Of a stretch of 49,885 bases of DNA, positions 1-9,504 are shown in pieces. Position 1 is the first letter of the stretch. Every line of letters starts with the position of its first letter. The notes below the pieces were generated by a model that saw nothing but the letters and a program-made list of their open reading frames with translations, was not told the DNA's origin and did no database searches. Made by a program: the position numbers and the translations under genes. The stretch is from Planctomycetota bacterium (GTDB taxonomy: Bacteria; Planctomycetota; UBA1135): positions 1-49,885 of the forward strand of contig JALUVI010000074.1 in NCBI GenBank assembly GCA_027020785.1. The letters are read 5' to 3'.

Positions 1-354
1 ATGCCGGACGAACGCCCCGAACCCGAGGCCAAGGCCAGCGTGGACGTGAGCGAGGTGGTGATCCGCCCCCTCAACGAGCACATCCTGCTGGTGGACCACG
101 ACGGCAAGGCGGTCGCCGCTCTGCAGCTCGACCAGGACCTGAAGATGACGTCGCTCAAGGGAGCGCGCCACGAAACCGTCCTCGACCTGGCCCGCGACCG
201 GGTCCAGTTCCGCGTCGGCTTCCCCGGTCGGGCCAACAAGGCCTACGCCATCCGCTTCTCGGTGAAGCCCACCGACGAGGACGGCGCCAGCCTGGTGCGG
301 CAGAACTGGTGGGACGGCGACTACGAGGTGGTCCTGCCGAAGACCGACTCCTGA
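1..354 (+). CDS. Hypothetical protein (117 aa; may extend upstream of the window edge)
   Basis: ATG at position 1, GC3-biased codons, ordinary protein-like composition; no family recognised. Confidence 0.7.
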   Translation: MPDERPEPEAKASVDVSEVVIRPLNEHILLVDHDGKAVAALQLDQDLKMTSLKGARHETVLDLARDRVQFRVGFPGRANKAYAIRFSVKPTDEDGASLVRQNWWDGDYEVVLPKTDS

Positions 355-384
355 TCCAGGAGAGCCGCCCCGGCGGGTGACGGT

Positions 385-3069
385 TCAGGCCGCGCCCGCC
401 AGGGCGTCGAGGTTCGCGCGCAGGACCTCGGCTTCGCGGGCCAGCTCGTCACGTCGCTCGCGCTCGCCCGCGACCACTTCGGGGTCGGCGTTGGCGACGA
501 AGCGCTCGTTGCCGAGCTTGCGCTCGACCGCGGCCAGCCCCTTCTCCACCTTGGCCAGCTTGCGGGCCAGGCTGTCGCGCAGCTTGCCGAGGTCGGCGTC
601 GGCGCCGTACGGCAGGAACACGGCCCCGCCCTCGAAGACGTCGGTGCCCCGGCCCTCGGGGCGGGAGCCGTCGTCGGCCACGACCTCCACCGCGCCCATG
701 CCGGCGAGGAAGGCGAGCAGCTCGGCGTGCGGCGCCAGCGCGGCGGCGTCCTCGGGACGATCCAGGCGGACCTCGGCGTCGGGACGCGCCGAGGCCGGCA
801 GGTCGAGCAGGGCGCGCAGGTTGCGCAGCGCCCGCACCGCGCCCCGCAGGAGGTCGAAGGCGCGGGCCGCCTCGGCGTCGCGCTCGGCGGCGTCGGTGGG
901 CGGCCAGGGCGCGTTCATCAGGAGGTCGGCGCCGCCGCGGAAGGTGTCGGGCAGGCGCTGCCACACCGCCTCGGTGAGGAACGGGACGAACGGGTGGAGC
1001 AGCGCCAGCAGCCGCGCCAGGACCACGCCCAGGGTGCGCCGCACCCGGGCCGCCTCCTCCCCGCCGGCCCGCAGCACCGGCTTGACCGCTTCCAGGTACC
1101 AGTCGCAGAAGTCGTCCCAGGTGAAGCGGTAGAGCGCGGTGGCGGCGTCGTGGAAGTCGTACTCCTCGAGCGCCCGTGACACCTCGGCGACGGTGACGTC
1201 GAGCCGATGGCGGATCCAGCGGTCGGCGAGCCCGGAGGCGGGCTCGGCGGCGACCTCTCCGTCGAGGTGGCCGAGCACGAAACGGGCCGCGTTCCACACC
1301 TTGTTGCAGAAGCGCTGCCCGAGCTCGAACCGGTTCTCGGCGAGCTTCACGTCCTGCCCCTCGCGGGTCAGGATCATCAGCGAGTAGCGCACCGCATCGG
1401 CGCCGTAGCGCTCGATCATCTCGACCGGATCGATGCCGTTGCCGAGCGACTTCGACATCCGCCGTCCCTGGGCGTCGAGCACCGTGGCGTGGACGTAGCA
1501 GGTGGCGAAGGGGCAGCGCCGCTCCGGCGGCAGGTGGTCCACGAACTCGTAGCCCGCCATCACCATCCGCGCCACCCACAGGTAGATGATGTCGCGGGCG
1601 GTGGACAGGAACTGCGTCGGGTAGAACCGCAGCAGGTCCTCGGTGGGCTCCGGCCATCCGAGGGTGGCGAAGGGCCACAGCCACGACGAGGCCCAGGTGT
1701 CGAGGACGTCCTCGTCCTGGCGCACGATGGGCTTGCCGGTGACCGGGTGCGGCGCGCCGATCTCGAGGTCGTCCACCGAGGCCACGGGGGCGCCGTCCTC
1801 GTCGTACCACACCGGGATGCGGTGCCCCCACCACAGCTGGCGACTGATGCACCAGTCGTGCACGTTCTCGAGCCAGTCGAGGTAGACCTTGGTCCAACGC
1901 TCCGGCTTGAAGCGCAGGCTGCCGTCCTTCACCGCGGCGATGGCGGGCTCGGCGAGCGGAGCCATCTTGACGAACCACTGCTCGCTGACCAGGGGCTCGA
2001 CCGCGGTCTTGGAGCGGTCGCTGATGGGCACGTTGTGGACGCACTCCTCCTCGGCCACCAGCAGCCCGGCGGCCTCGAGGTCGGCCAGCACGCGCTCGCG
2101 CGCCGCCTCGCGGGTCAGCCCGGCGTAGGGCCCCGCGGCCTCGGTCAGGGTGCCGTCCGGCTCGAGCAGGTTCACGATGGGCAGCCCGTGCCGCGCCCCC
2201 ATCGCGTAGTCGGCGGGGTCGTGCCCCGGCGTCAGCTTGACGGCGCCGGTGCCGAAGGAGCGCTCCACCGCCTCGTCGGCGACCACCGGGATGGTCCGCC
2301 CGAGGAGCGGCAGCTCGAGCTCGGCGCCGACCCAGTCGCGCCAGCGCTCGTCGTCGGGATGGACCGCCACCCCGGTGTCGCCGAGCAGGGTCTCGGGCCG
2401 CGTCGTGGCCACGGTGAGGAACTCACCGGGCCGCCCCCGGCGCGGATAGCGGATGGTCCACAGCTTCCCCTTGCGCTCGACGTACTCGATCTCGTCGTCG
2501 CTGACCGCAGTGCGCAGCTTGCAGTCCCAGTTGACCAGGCGGGCGCCGCGATAGACCAGCCCCTTCTCCCAGAGACGCACGAAGGCGACCCGGACCGCAC
2601 GGCTCATCGCAGGGTCGAGGGTGAAGCGGGTGCGTGACCAGTCGCAGCTGGCGCCGATCCGCTTCAGCTGCTCGAGGATGACGCCGCCGTGGTGTTCCTT
2701 CCATTCCCAGATGCGCTGGACGAACTCGGTGCGCCCGACCTCTTCGCGGGTCCGCCCCTCCTCCCGAAGCAGCTTCTTCTCGACCACCGCCTGGGTGGCG
2801 ATGCCGGCGTGGTCGGTGCCGGGCAGCCACAGCGTGTCGTAGCCCTGCATGCGCCGGTGCCGCACCACCACGTCCTGGAGCGTGTTGTTCAGCGCATGCC
2901 CCATGTGGAGGACGCCGGTCACGTTGGGCGGCGGCATCATCACGGTGAAGGGACCGACCGGACCGGGCTCGGTCGGCGGCGCGAAGCAGCCGCTGTCGAG
3001 CCACAGCGCGTAGAGCTCCGGCTCGAGTTCGGCCGGCTGGTAGCGGGTGGGAAGCGAGGCGTGGGCCAT
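385..3069 (-). CDS. valS: Valine--tRNA ligase
   Basis: PPPNVTGVLHMGH (HIGH), GTDHAGIATQ, DWCISRQLWWGHRIP, RMSKS (KMSKS variant), C-terminal coiled coil; ATG at 3069 (MAHASLPTRY) chosen over the ORF-track start. Confidence 0.97.
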   Translation of the reverse strand: MAHASLPTRYQPAELEPELYALWLDSGCFAPPTEPGPVGPFTVMMPPPNVTGVLHMGHALNNTLQDVVVRHRRMQGYDTLWLPGTDHAGIATQAVVEKKLLREEGRTREEVGRTEFVQRIWEWKEHHGGVILEQLKRIGASCDWSRTRFTLDPAMSRAVRVAFVRLWEKGLVYRGARLVNWDCKLRTAVSDDEIEYVERKGKLWTIRYPRRGRPGEFLTVATTRPETLLGDTGVAVHPDDERWRDWVGAELELPLLGRTIPVVADEAVERSFGTGAVKLTPGHDPADYAMGARHGLPIVNLLEPDGTLTEAAGPYAGLTREAARERVLADLEAAGLLVAEEECVHNVPISDRSKTAVEPLVSEQWFVKMAPLAEPAIAAVKDGSLRFKPERWTKVYLDWLENVHDWCISRQLWWGHRIPVWYDEDGAPVASVDDLEIGAPHPVTGKPIVRQDEDVLDTWASSWLWPFATLGWPEPTEDLLRFYPTQFLSTARDIIYLWVARMVMAGYEFVDHLPPERRCPFATCYVHATVLDAQGRRMSKSLGNGIDPVEMIERYGADAVRYSLMILTREGQDVKLAENRFELGQRFCNKVWNAARFVLGHLDGEVAAEPASGLADRWIRHRLDVTVAEVSRALEEYDFHDAATALYRFTWDDFCDWYLEAVKPVLRAGGEEAARVRRTLGVVLARLLALLHPFVPFLTEAVWQRLPDTFRGGADLLMNAPWPPTDAAERDAEAARAFDLLRGAVRALRNLRALLDLPASARPDAEVRLDRPEDAAALAPHAELLAFLAGMGAVEVVADDGSRPEGRGTDVFEGGAVFLPYGADADLGKLRDSLARKLAKVEKGLAAVERKLGNERFVANADPEVVAGERERRDELAREAEVLRANLDALAGAA

Positions 3070-3178
3070 GACGGCGGGCGCGGATTGTCGCACGGCGCGC
3101 CGACCGCGGCGAGACGGATTCCTGGGACGCCCCCGGCATGGGGTATCCTGGCCGTCTGCGGCCGCGGCCTCCAAGACC

Positions 3179-4075
3179 TTGCGCTTCGCCCTCCTCGTCA
3201 ACCCCAAGTCCGGCCGGGGCGGCGCTCCGCGCCGGGCCGCCGCGGTGGGCGAGCGGCTGCGGCGCCTGGGCCACGAGGTCGAGCCCTGTCTCGAGGACGC
3301 ACCGGACCAAGCGCGGCGTTGGCTGCGCGAGCGGGCGGTGCGCGCCGACCGCCTCCTCGTCGCCGGCGGCGACGGCACCCTGCACTTCGTGGTCAACGCC
3401 CTGGCGGACCCGCCCCCCATCGTGGTCCTGCCGAGCGGCACCGCCAACCTGCTGGCCCGCCGCTTCCACCTGCCGGGGCGGCCGGCGCCGCTGGCGCGCC
3501 TCGCGCTGTCGCCGCGGACCACCGCGGTGGACCTGGCCCGGGTCCGCCACCTCGACCCCGAGGGGCGGCGGCGCGAATGCCGCTCCTTCCTGTGCGCCGG
3601 CTTCGGCTACGACGGCGAGATCGTGCGCCAGGTCCACCAGGGTCGCACCGGCCCCATCCGGATGCGCGACTACCTCGGCCCCCTGGCCGAGGTGATGCGC
3701 GGCTACCGACCGACGCCGCAGGAGGTGGTGGTGGACGGACGCAACGAGGGAGACTGGGTGTTCGGCCTGGCCAGCGGCCTGGGCGTGTACGGGCCGGGCT
3801 GGTGGCGCCTCGGCCCGTCGCGTCCCGACGACGGCCGCTGGGAGCTCCACCTCTTCCCGCAGCTGACCTACGGACGTTTCGTCCGCCTGGTCCTCGCCGC
3901 CACCGGCGCCGCCCTGGCCCGCCTGCCCGAGGTCCGACGCCGCCGTTTCCGCTCCCTCCACGTCTCGGGGCCGCGCCCGGCGCCGCTCGAGGTGGACGGC
4001 GATTGGGTCGGCACCACCCCGCTAGACTTGGAGCTCGACGGGCGCCGTTTCGCGCTCGTCCTGCCCGGCCCATGA
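3179..4075 (+). CDS. Diacylglycerol/lipid kinase family protein
   Basis: LLVNPKSG, AGGDGT, LPSGTANL and EVDGD motifs; probable TTG start at 3179; stop overlaps the kdsA ATG (ATGA). Confidence 0.88.
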   Translation: MRFALLVNPKSGRGGAPRRAAAVGERLRRLGHEVEPCLEDAPDQARRWLRERAVRADRLLVAGGDGTLHFVVNALADPPPIVVLPSGTANLLARRFHLPGRPAPLARLALSPRTTAVDLARVRHLDPEGRRRECRSFLCAGFGYDGEIVRQVHQGRTGPIRMRDYLGPLAEVMRGYRPTPQEVVVDGRNEGDWVFGLASGLGVYGPGWWRLGPSRPDDGRWELHLFPQLTYGRFVRLVLAATGAALARLPEVRRRRFRSLHVSGPRPAPLEVDGDWVGTTPLDLELDGRRFALVLPGP

Positions 4076-4935
4076 CCGACTTCGCCCCGCTCGCCCTCGC
4101 TCCGGAGGCGGTGCTCCGTCCCGATGGGCCGCCGCTGTTGATCGCCGGCCCTTGCGTGCTCGAGGGCGAGCGTTCCCTGGAGGTCGCCGAGGCCGTCGCC
4201 GAGGCCGTCGCCGGCCTCGACGTCACCTGGGTGTTCAAGGCGTCGTTCGACAAGGCCAACCGCACCGCCGCCGACGGCGGCCGCGGCGTCGGTCTCGCCG
4301 CCGGGCTCGACCTCCTCGGACGCATCCGCGAGCGCCTCGGCGTGCCGGTGCTGACCGACGTCCACCTGCCCGAGCAGTGCGCCCCGGCCGCCGAGGTGGT
4401 GGACGTGCTCCAGATCCCGGCGTTCCTGTGCCGCCAGACCGACCTGCTCGAGGCCGCCGGCGCCACCGGGGCCGTGGTCAACGTCAAGAAGGGGCAGTTC
4501 CTGGCGCCGGAGAAGCTGCGCCACGCCGTGGACAAGGTGCGGCGCACCGGCAACGACCGCGTCCTGGCCACCGAGCGCGGCGCCACCTTCGGCTACGACC
4601 GGTTGGTGGTGGACTTCGCCGCCCTGCCCGAGCTGCGGACCGCGGGCTGCCCGCTGGTGCTCGACGCCACCCATGCCGTGCAGCGCCCCGGCGGCGGCGG
4701 GGACCGCACCGGCGGCGACTGGACCCGAGCCCCCATCCTGCTCCGCGCCGGGGCCGCGGCGGGGTTCGACGGGTTCTTCGTCGAGACCCACCCCGACCCG
4801 CTCTCCAGTCCCTCGGACGGCCCCAACATGGTGCCCACCGACCGGCTGCGCGCGGTGCTGGAGGAGGCCCTGGCGGTGCGGGCCGCCGTCCTCGCCGGCG
4901 GTTTCGCTGGCGAGACCGCCGATCGCGTGCGATAA
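4072..4935 (+). CDS. kdsA: 3-deoxy-8-phosphooctulonate (KDO8P) synthase
   Basis: IAGPCVLE, KASFDKANRT, QIPAFLCRQTDLL, NVKKGQFLAP, DATHAVQRP, ETHPDP..SDG. Confidence 0.96.
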   Translation: MTDFAPLALAPEAVLRPDGPPLLIAGPCVLEGERSLEVAEAVAEAVAGLDVTWVFKASFDKANRTAADGGRGVGLAAGLDLLGRIRERLGVPVLTDVHLPEQCAPAAEVVDVLQIPAFLCRQTDLLEAAGATGAVVNVKKGQFLAPEKLRHAVDKVRRTGNDRVLATERGATFGYDRLVVDFAALPELRTAGCPLVLDATHAVQRPGGGGDRTGGDWTRAPILLRAGAAAGFDGFFVETHPDPLSSPSDGPNMVPTDRLRAVLEEALAVRAAVLAGGFAGETADRVR

Positions 4936-4942
4936 TGCCGAC

Positions 4943-6085
4943 GTGGCCCGCGGCGGTCCCCCCGCCCTGCTCGTCCTCGAGGACGGCAGCTCGTTCCGCG
5001 GTCGAAGCATCGGCGCGCCCGGGCGCCGCGCGTTCGAGCTGGTGTTCAACACCTCGATGACGGGTTACCAGGAGATCCTGACCGACCCGTCCTACGCCGG
5101 CCAGGGGGTGCTCTTGACCTATCCCCAGATCGGCAACTATGGCTGCCGCGCCGAGTTCGACGAGTCCGACCGCTGCTGGGCCGAGGCCCTGGTGGTGCGC
5201 GAGCTCGCCCCGCGGGTCTCGAGCTGGGCCGCCGAGGAATCGCTCGGCGAGTTCCTGGTCCGCCGCGGCGTGGTCGCCCTCGACGGGGTGGACACCCGCG
5301 CCATCACCCTGCGGCTGCGCGAGCGCGGCGCCCAGCGCGCCGTCCTCTCCGCCGACGAGGGCGACGTCACGGTCGAGGAGCTCCTCGCCGAGGCCCGAGC
5401 CCTGCCGTCGCTCGAGGGCCGCGACCTGACCGGCCGCGTCACCTGCCGCTCCCCCTACGACTGGACCGAGGGGCTGGACGGCGAGGCGCCGGCCGCCGAC
5501 GCCCTGCCCCTCGTGGTCCTCGACTTCGGGGTCAAGCGCAACATCCTCCGCAACCTCGTCAGCGCCGGCTTCGCGCCGCGGGTGCTGCCGGCGACGACCT
5601 CGGCCGAGGAGGTCCGCGCCCTGCGTCCCGCGGCGCTGTTCCTGTCGAACGGCCCCGGCGACCCGGCCGCGGTGGCCCACGCCCACGGCGTGGTCCGCGA
5701 GTTGGTCGAGTCGGGACTGCCGACCTTCGGCATCTGCCTCGGACACCAGATCCTGGCGCTGGCCTTCGGCGCGCGGACCTTCAAGATGAAGTTCGGCCAC
5801 CACGGGGCCAACCACCCGGTGTTGGAGGAGGTGAGCGGGCGGGTGGACATCGCCGCCCACAACCACGGCTTCGCCGTGGACCCCGACAGCCTGGCCGGGA
5901 CCGGGCTCGAGGTCACCCACCTCAACGCCAACGACGACACCGTCGCCGGCCTGCGCCACGTCGCGCTGCCGGCGTTCGGGGTCCAGTACCACCCCGAAGC
6001 CGGCCCCGGTCCGCACGACCCGCGCCACCTGTTCCGCCGCTTCCACGAGCTCGCCCGCGGCGGCGTACCGGCGGCGACCCCCTGA
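4943..6085 (+). CDS. carA: Carbamoyl-phosphate synthase small subunit
   Basis: LVLEDG, FNTSMTGYQEILTDPSY, LSNGPGDP, FGICLGHQ, QYHPEAGPGPHD; GTG start at 4943. carB is not in the window. Confidence 0.96.
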   Translation: MARGGPPALLVLEDGSSFRGRSIGAPGRRAFELVFNTSMTGYQEILTDPSYAGQGVLLTYPQIGNYGCRAEFDESDRCWAEALVVRELAPRVSSWAAEESLGEFLVRRGVVALDGVDTRAITLRLRERGAQRAVLSADEGDVTVEELLAEARALPSLEGRDLTGRVTCRSPYDWTEGLDGEAPAADALPLVVLDFGVKRNILRNLVSAGFAPRVLPATTSAEEVRALRPAALFLSNGPGDPAAVAHAHGVVRELVESGLPTFGICLGHQILALAFGARTFKMKFGHHGANHPVLEEVSGRVDIAAHNHGFAVDPDSLAGTGLEVTHLNANDDTVAGLRHVALPAFGVQYHPEAGPGPHDPRHLFRRFHELARGGVPAATP

Positions 6086-6127
6086 CCGACCCGTTCGCGG
6101 CGACGGAGGGCTCCCCCCACCTCCTCC

Positions 6128-6946
6128 GTGTCCCCCGTCCTCCTCGTCCTCCTCCCCCTGGCCGGTGCGCCCCAGCAGCCGCCGGCGCAGGACCCGCCCT
6201 CCGCCGCCCGCAGCGAGGCCCGAACTCCGGCCGAAGCCGCCCGGGAGCTGCGCGAAGCCCTCGCCGGTGACGACGTCGCCGCCGCGGTCGCCGCGGTCCG
6301 CCATGCCGGAGAGCGCTCCGAACGGCCGGTCCTCGACGCGATCGCGGAGGCCCTGGGCCACGCCGAGCCCTCGGTCCGCCTCGCCGCCGTCGAGGTGCTG
6401 CGCTTCCACCCTGCTCCCGAGGCGACCTCCCGCCTGGTCGCGGCCGCCGAGGTCGAGGCGCTCCGCAGCGACCCGTACTCGGCCGCGGCCTGGGCCCTGG
6501 CGCTGGGCCAGCGCGGCGACCTCCGCGCCCTGCCGCTGCTGACCGCCGGGCTCGACGAGGCCGAGGCGCTGCATCCCCAGGTCGTCACCGCGCGCCTCCT
6601 CGCGCTGGGGCGCCTCGCCGACCGCCGCGCCGCGGACGCGGTGATGGCCTTCCTGGCGGCGACCGCGCCCGAGGACGCCCGCCACCTCTCCGCGGTGCGC
6701 CTGGCGATGGCGGCGCTCACCGGCGCCGACGTCGGGCGCGACCGCGGGGCCTGGCTGGAGTGGTGGCGCGAGCACCGCGACGACTTCGTCCCCGTCCCTC
6801 CGGAGCGCCCGCTGCCCGACCCGAGCCTGGAACGGCGCTGGCGCCTGACGTGGATGAGCCCGGCCGAGAAGGAGGCGCTCCGTGAAGCCGCGCTCCGCGA
6901 GAAGGAGCGGGCCCGGCGGCGCGAACGCCGGAGTCAGCGCAACTGA
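6128..6946 (+). CDS. Secreted HEAT/PBS-lyase-like repeat protein
   Basis: Hydrophobic N-terminus; helical repeats (VRLAAVEVL, AAAWALALGQRGD, ALGRLAD); LTGADVG..W..WW motif. Confidence 0.65.
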   Translation: MSPVLLVLLPLAGAPQQPPAQDPPSAARSEARTPAEAARELREALAGDDVAAAVAAVRHAGERSERPVLDAIAEALGHAEPSVRLAAVEVLRFHPAPEATSRLVAAAEVEALRSDPYSAAAWALALGQRGDLRALPLLTAGLDEAEALHPQVVTARLLALGRLADRRAADAVMAFLAATAPEDARHLSAVRLAMAALTGADVGRDRGAWLEWWREHRDDFVPVPPERPLPDPSLERRWRLTWMSPAEKEALREAALREKERARRRERRSQRN

Positions 6947-8553
6947 CGCGGGGTCCGCAGCGACTTCACCAGTTCCAGCAGCCGAGGCGGCTGGCCGGTG
7001 CGCAGGATGCCGATGCGGAAGACCTTGCCGGAGAGCCAGAGCATGGCGAACACGGTGAACACCATGAGCACTCCGGTGCCGATCAGCTCCGAGGTCGGCG
7101 GCGAGGCGGCGGCCCGGTTCATCATCACGAACGGGGTGTAGAACGGGATCCAGGACATCACCTTCGCCAGGGTGCCGTTCGGGTCCTGGGCGATGAAGAC
7201 CATCGTGAACAGCGGCACCATCAGGATGACCATCGCGGTGCCCATGAAGTTCTGGGCCTCCTTGACGGTGTTGCACAGGCTGCCGATGGCCAGGAACAGC
7301 CCCGCGTAGGTGAGGTAGCCGGCGAGGAAGTAGAGGGCGAAGAGCGGCAGCAGTCCGGAGCTGCGGACCACGGCGAGCAGCGGGCCGGCCCAGCTCACCG
7401 CCGGCCCCGCCAGGTAGTTCAGGATGCCGACCAGCGACAGGATCCAGGCCGCCATCATGGTCAGGCCGACCCCGGCGATGCCGACCAGCTTGCCGGCCAT
7501 GATCTCGTTCGGGGTGGCGCTCGAGACCAGGACCTCGATGATCCGGTTCGACTTCTCCTCCACCGTGTTGTTCAGGAGCATGACCACGACGTTGAAGATC
7601 GCGATCCACAGCAGGTAGACGAAGCCGACCGGAGCCCACTTGCGGATGGTGTCGGCGAGGCTGACCGCCTCTTCGCCTTCCTGTTTGGTCGGATCGAAGG
7701 CGACGAAACGGACCGAGGTGCGCTGGACCTCGGCCACGACCTCGGCATCCACGCCGCGGCGCAGGAACTCGCGCTCGCGCACCTCGCGGTCGAGCGCGTC
7801 CCGGACCACCTCGGCGAGGTTGCGATCGGTGAGGTTCGCCGACCAGAACTGGACCCCGTCCTGTGAGTCGCTGCGCGCCGTCGGCAGGCTGCCGGGCCGC
7901 AGGAGCTGCTGCGGCGCGTCCTCGGGAATCAGGATCAGTGCGAACAGCGGCCGGGAGGCGCCCGGGTAGTCTTCGTCCACCAGGTACGGCTTCAGCGTAC
8001 GGACGATCTCCTCCGGGGGGGCGTCCGGGGACACGCCGGGGAGCAGCGGCACGCGCTCGAAGCGGCGCTTCGGGGGCACGAAGTCGGGCGCCTCGGGGTC
8101 GAGGAAGGGACGGATCGCCGCCACCACCTGCTCCAGCCCCTCGGGATCGAGCAGTCGCTGCAGGAAGCCGGGATCCAGGTCGATCAGCCCCTCCAACGTG
8201 GACCCGCTGCCGCCGAGCAGCAGATCGGAGATGCCGGTGGCGGGGACGTCCTCGAGGTCCACTTCCGGGATCTCCAGGTCGCGACGACGGTTCGCCATCG
8301 CCCAGGCGGTCAGTTCCTGCAGCACCCGTCGCGCCTCGAAGCGCTCGACCCCGGACGCCACCGCTTCCTCGAACTCGCCGCTCTGGTCCACCAGCACGAA
8401 GTTGCGCACGGGCTTGGCCTTCTTCTCCAGCAGCTCCGGCACCTTGACGGAGGCGATCAGGATCAAGGGGAAGATCAGGAGGTTGATCCAGAAACCCTTG
8501 GTCCGTGCGTTCTCGGCGTACTCGCGACCGGCGATCAGGAGGGTGTTGCGCAT
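6934..8553 (-). CDS. ABC-2 type transporter permease (NatB-like)
   Basis: IAGREY..RTKGF N-terminus, VEEKSNRIIEVLVSS, MAGKLVG, SWIPFYTPFVM; multiple TM helices. Confidence 0.9.
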   Translation of the reverse strand: MRNTLLIAGREYAENARTKGFWINLLIFPLILIASVKVPELLEKKAKPVRNFVLVDQSGEFEEAVASGVERFEARRVLQELTAWAMANRRRDLEIPEVDLEDVPATGISDLLLGGSGSTLEGLIDLDPGFLQRLLDPEGLEQVVAAIRPFLDPEAPDFVPPKRRFERVPLLPGVSPDAPPEEIVRTLKPYLVDEDYPGASRPLFALILIPEDAPQQLLRPGSLPTARSDSQDGVQFWSANLTDRNLAEVVRDALDREVREREFLRRGVDAEVVAEVQRTSVRFVAFDPTKQEGEEAVSLADTIRKWAPVGFVYLLWIAIFNVVVMLLNNTVEEKSNRIIEVLVSSATPNEIMAGKLVGIAGVGLTMMAAWILSLVGILNYLAGPAVSWAGPLLAVVRSSGLLPLFALYFLAGYLTYAGLFLAIGSLCNTVKEAQNFMGTAMVILMVPLFTMVFIAQDPNGTLAKVMSWIPFYTPFVMMNRAAASPPTSELIGTGVLMVFTVFAMLWLSGKVFRIGILRTGQPPRLLELVKSLRTPRQLR

Positions 8554-8568
8554 GGCGGGTCGGCGGGG

Positions 8569-9504
8569 TCAGCGGAAACTGGCGGTCCGGGCCTCCTCTC
8601 CGACCAGCTGCAGGAAGACGTCGTGCAGGGTCGGTTCGTGGTGTTCGAACGAGGTCAGGACCAGCCCGCGCTCGAAGCAGGAACGCAGCACGGCCTGCGG
8701 GTCGGCCCCGGGAGCCAGCACCAGCTCGACCCGCCCGTCGCCGAGGCGGCGGGCGCTGGCGACCTCGGGCAGGTCCACGAAGGCGTCCGGCGGCGGCCCC
8801 GCGAGCAGGACGGTCCGGGGGATCAGCGCCTTGGCCTCGGGGATGGTCCCGTCGAAGACCTTGCGCGCGTGGGCGATCAGGAGGATGCGGTCGCACATCC
8901 GCTCGGCGTGCTCCATCACGTGGGTGCTGAAGACCACGGTGGCGCCGCGCCGCTGCAGGTCGAGGATGACGTCCTCCATCACCTGCTGGTTGGCGGGGTC
9001 GAGCCCGCTGAACGGCTCGTCGAGGACGACGAACTCCGGGTCGTGGGCGATGCTGGCGAGGACCTGGACCTTCTGCCCCATGCCCTTGGAGAGGGTCTCG
9101 CAACGGGCGTTGGCGAACTCGCCGAGTCCGTAGCGCTCCAGCAACTCGTAGGCGCGCCGCTTGGCCGCTCCCTTCTCCATGCCCTTGAGACGGGCGAAGT
9201 AGGCGATCATCGCCCACGCCTTCATCTTCTTGTAGAGCCCCTTCTCCTCGGGGAGGTAGCCGATGCGCTCGCGCACCGCCAACGCCGACGAGGCCCCGAG
9301 CACGGTGATGGCGCCGGCGGTCGGCTCGATGATGTCGAGGATCATCCGGATGGTCGTGGTCTTCCCGGCGCCGTTGGGGCCGAGGAAGCCGTAGATCGAA
9401 CCGGTCGGGATGACGGCGCTGACGTCGTCCACCGCGGTGAAGTCGCCGTACTTCTTGGTCACCCCTTCGAGGACCACGGCGTGGGGCAGGACGGCGTCGC
9501 TCAT
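8569..9504 (-). CDS. ABC transporter ATP-binding protein (NatA-like)
   Basis: Walker A GPNGAGKTT, LSKGMGQK signature, Walker B VLDEPFSGLD, STH, C-terminal EPTLHDVF; ATG at 9504. Confidence 0.93.
   Translation of the reverse strand: MSDAVLPHAVVLEGVTKKYGDFTAVDDVSAVIPTGSIYGFLGPNGAGKTTTIRMILDIIEPTAGAITVLGASSALAVRERIGYLPEEKGLYKKMKAWAMIAYFARLKGMEKGAAKRRAYELLERYGLGEFANARCETLSKGMGQKVQVLASIAHDPEFVVLDEPFSGLDPANQQVMEDVILDLQRRGATVVFSTHVMEHAERMCDRILLIAHARKVFDGTIPEAKALIPRTVLLAGPPPDAFVDLPEVASARRLGDGRVELVLAPGADPQAVLRSCFERGLVLTSFEHHEPTLHDVFLQLVGEEARTASFR

Noticed and set aside
1447-1464. RMSKS instead of KMSKS in ValRS
   Set aside because: Conservative change at the first position; the second, catalytic Lys is retained.
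4484-9217. Very long ORF-track frames (e.g. 4484-9217 -, 23342-27004 +, 28834-33372 +, 41516-44734 -)
   Set aside because: Arg/Gly/Pro/Ala-rich shadow frames overlapping well-supported genes; expected in very high-GC DNA where stop codons are rare.
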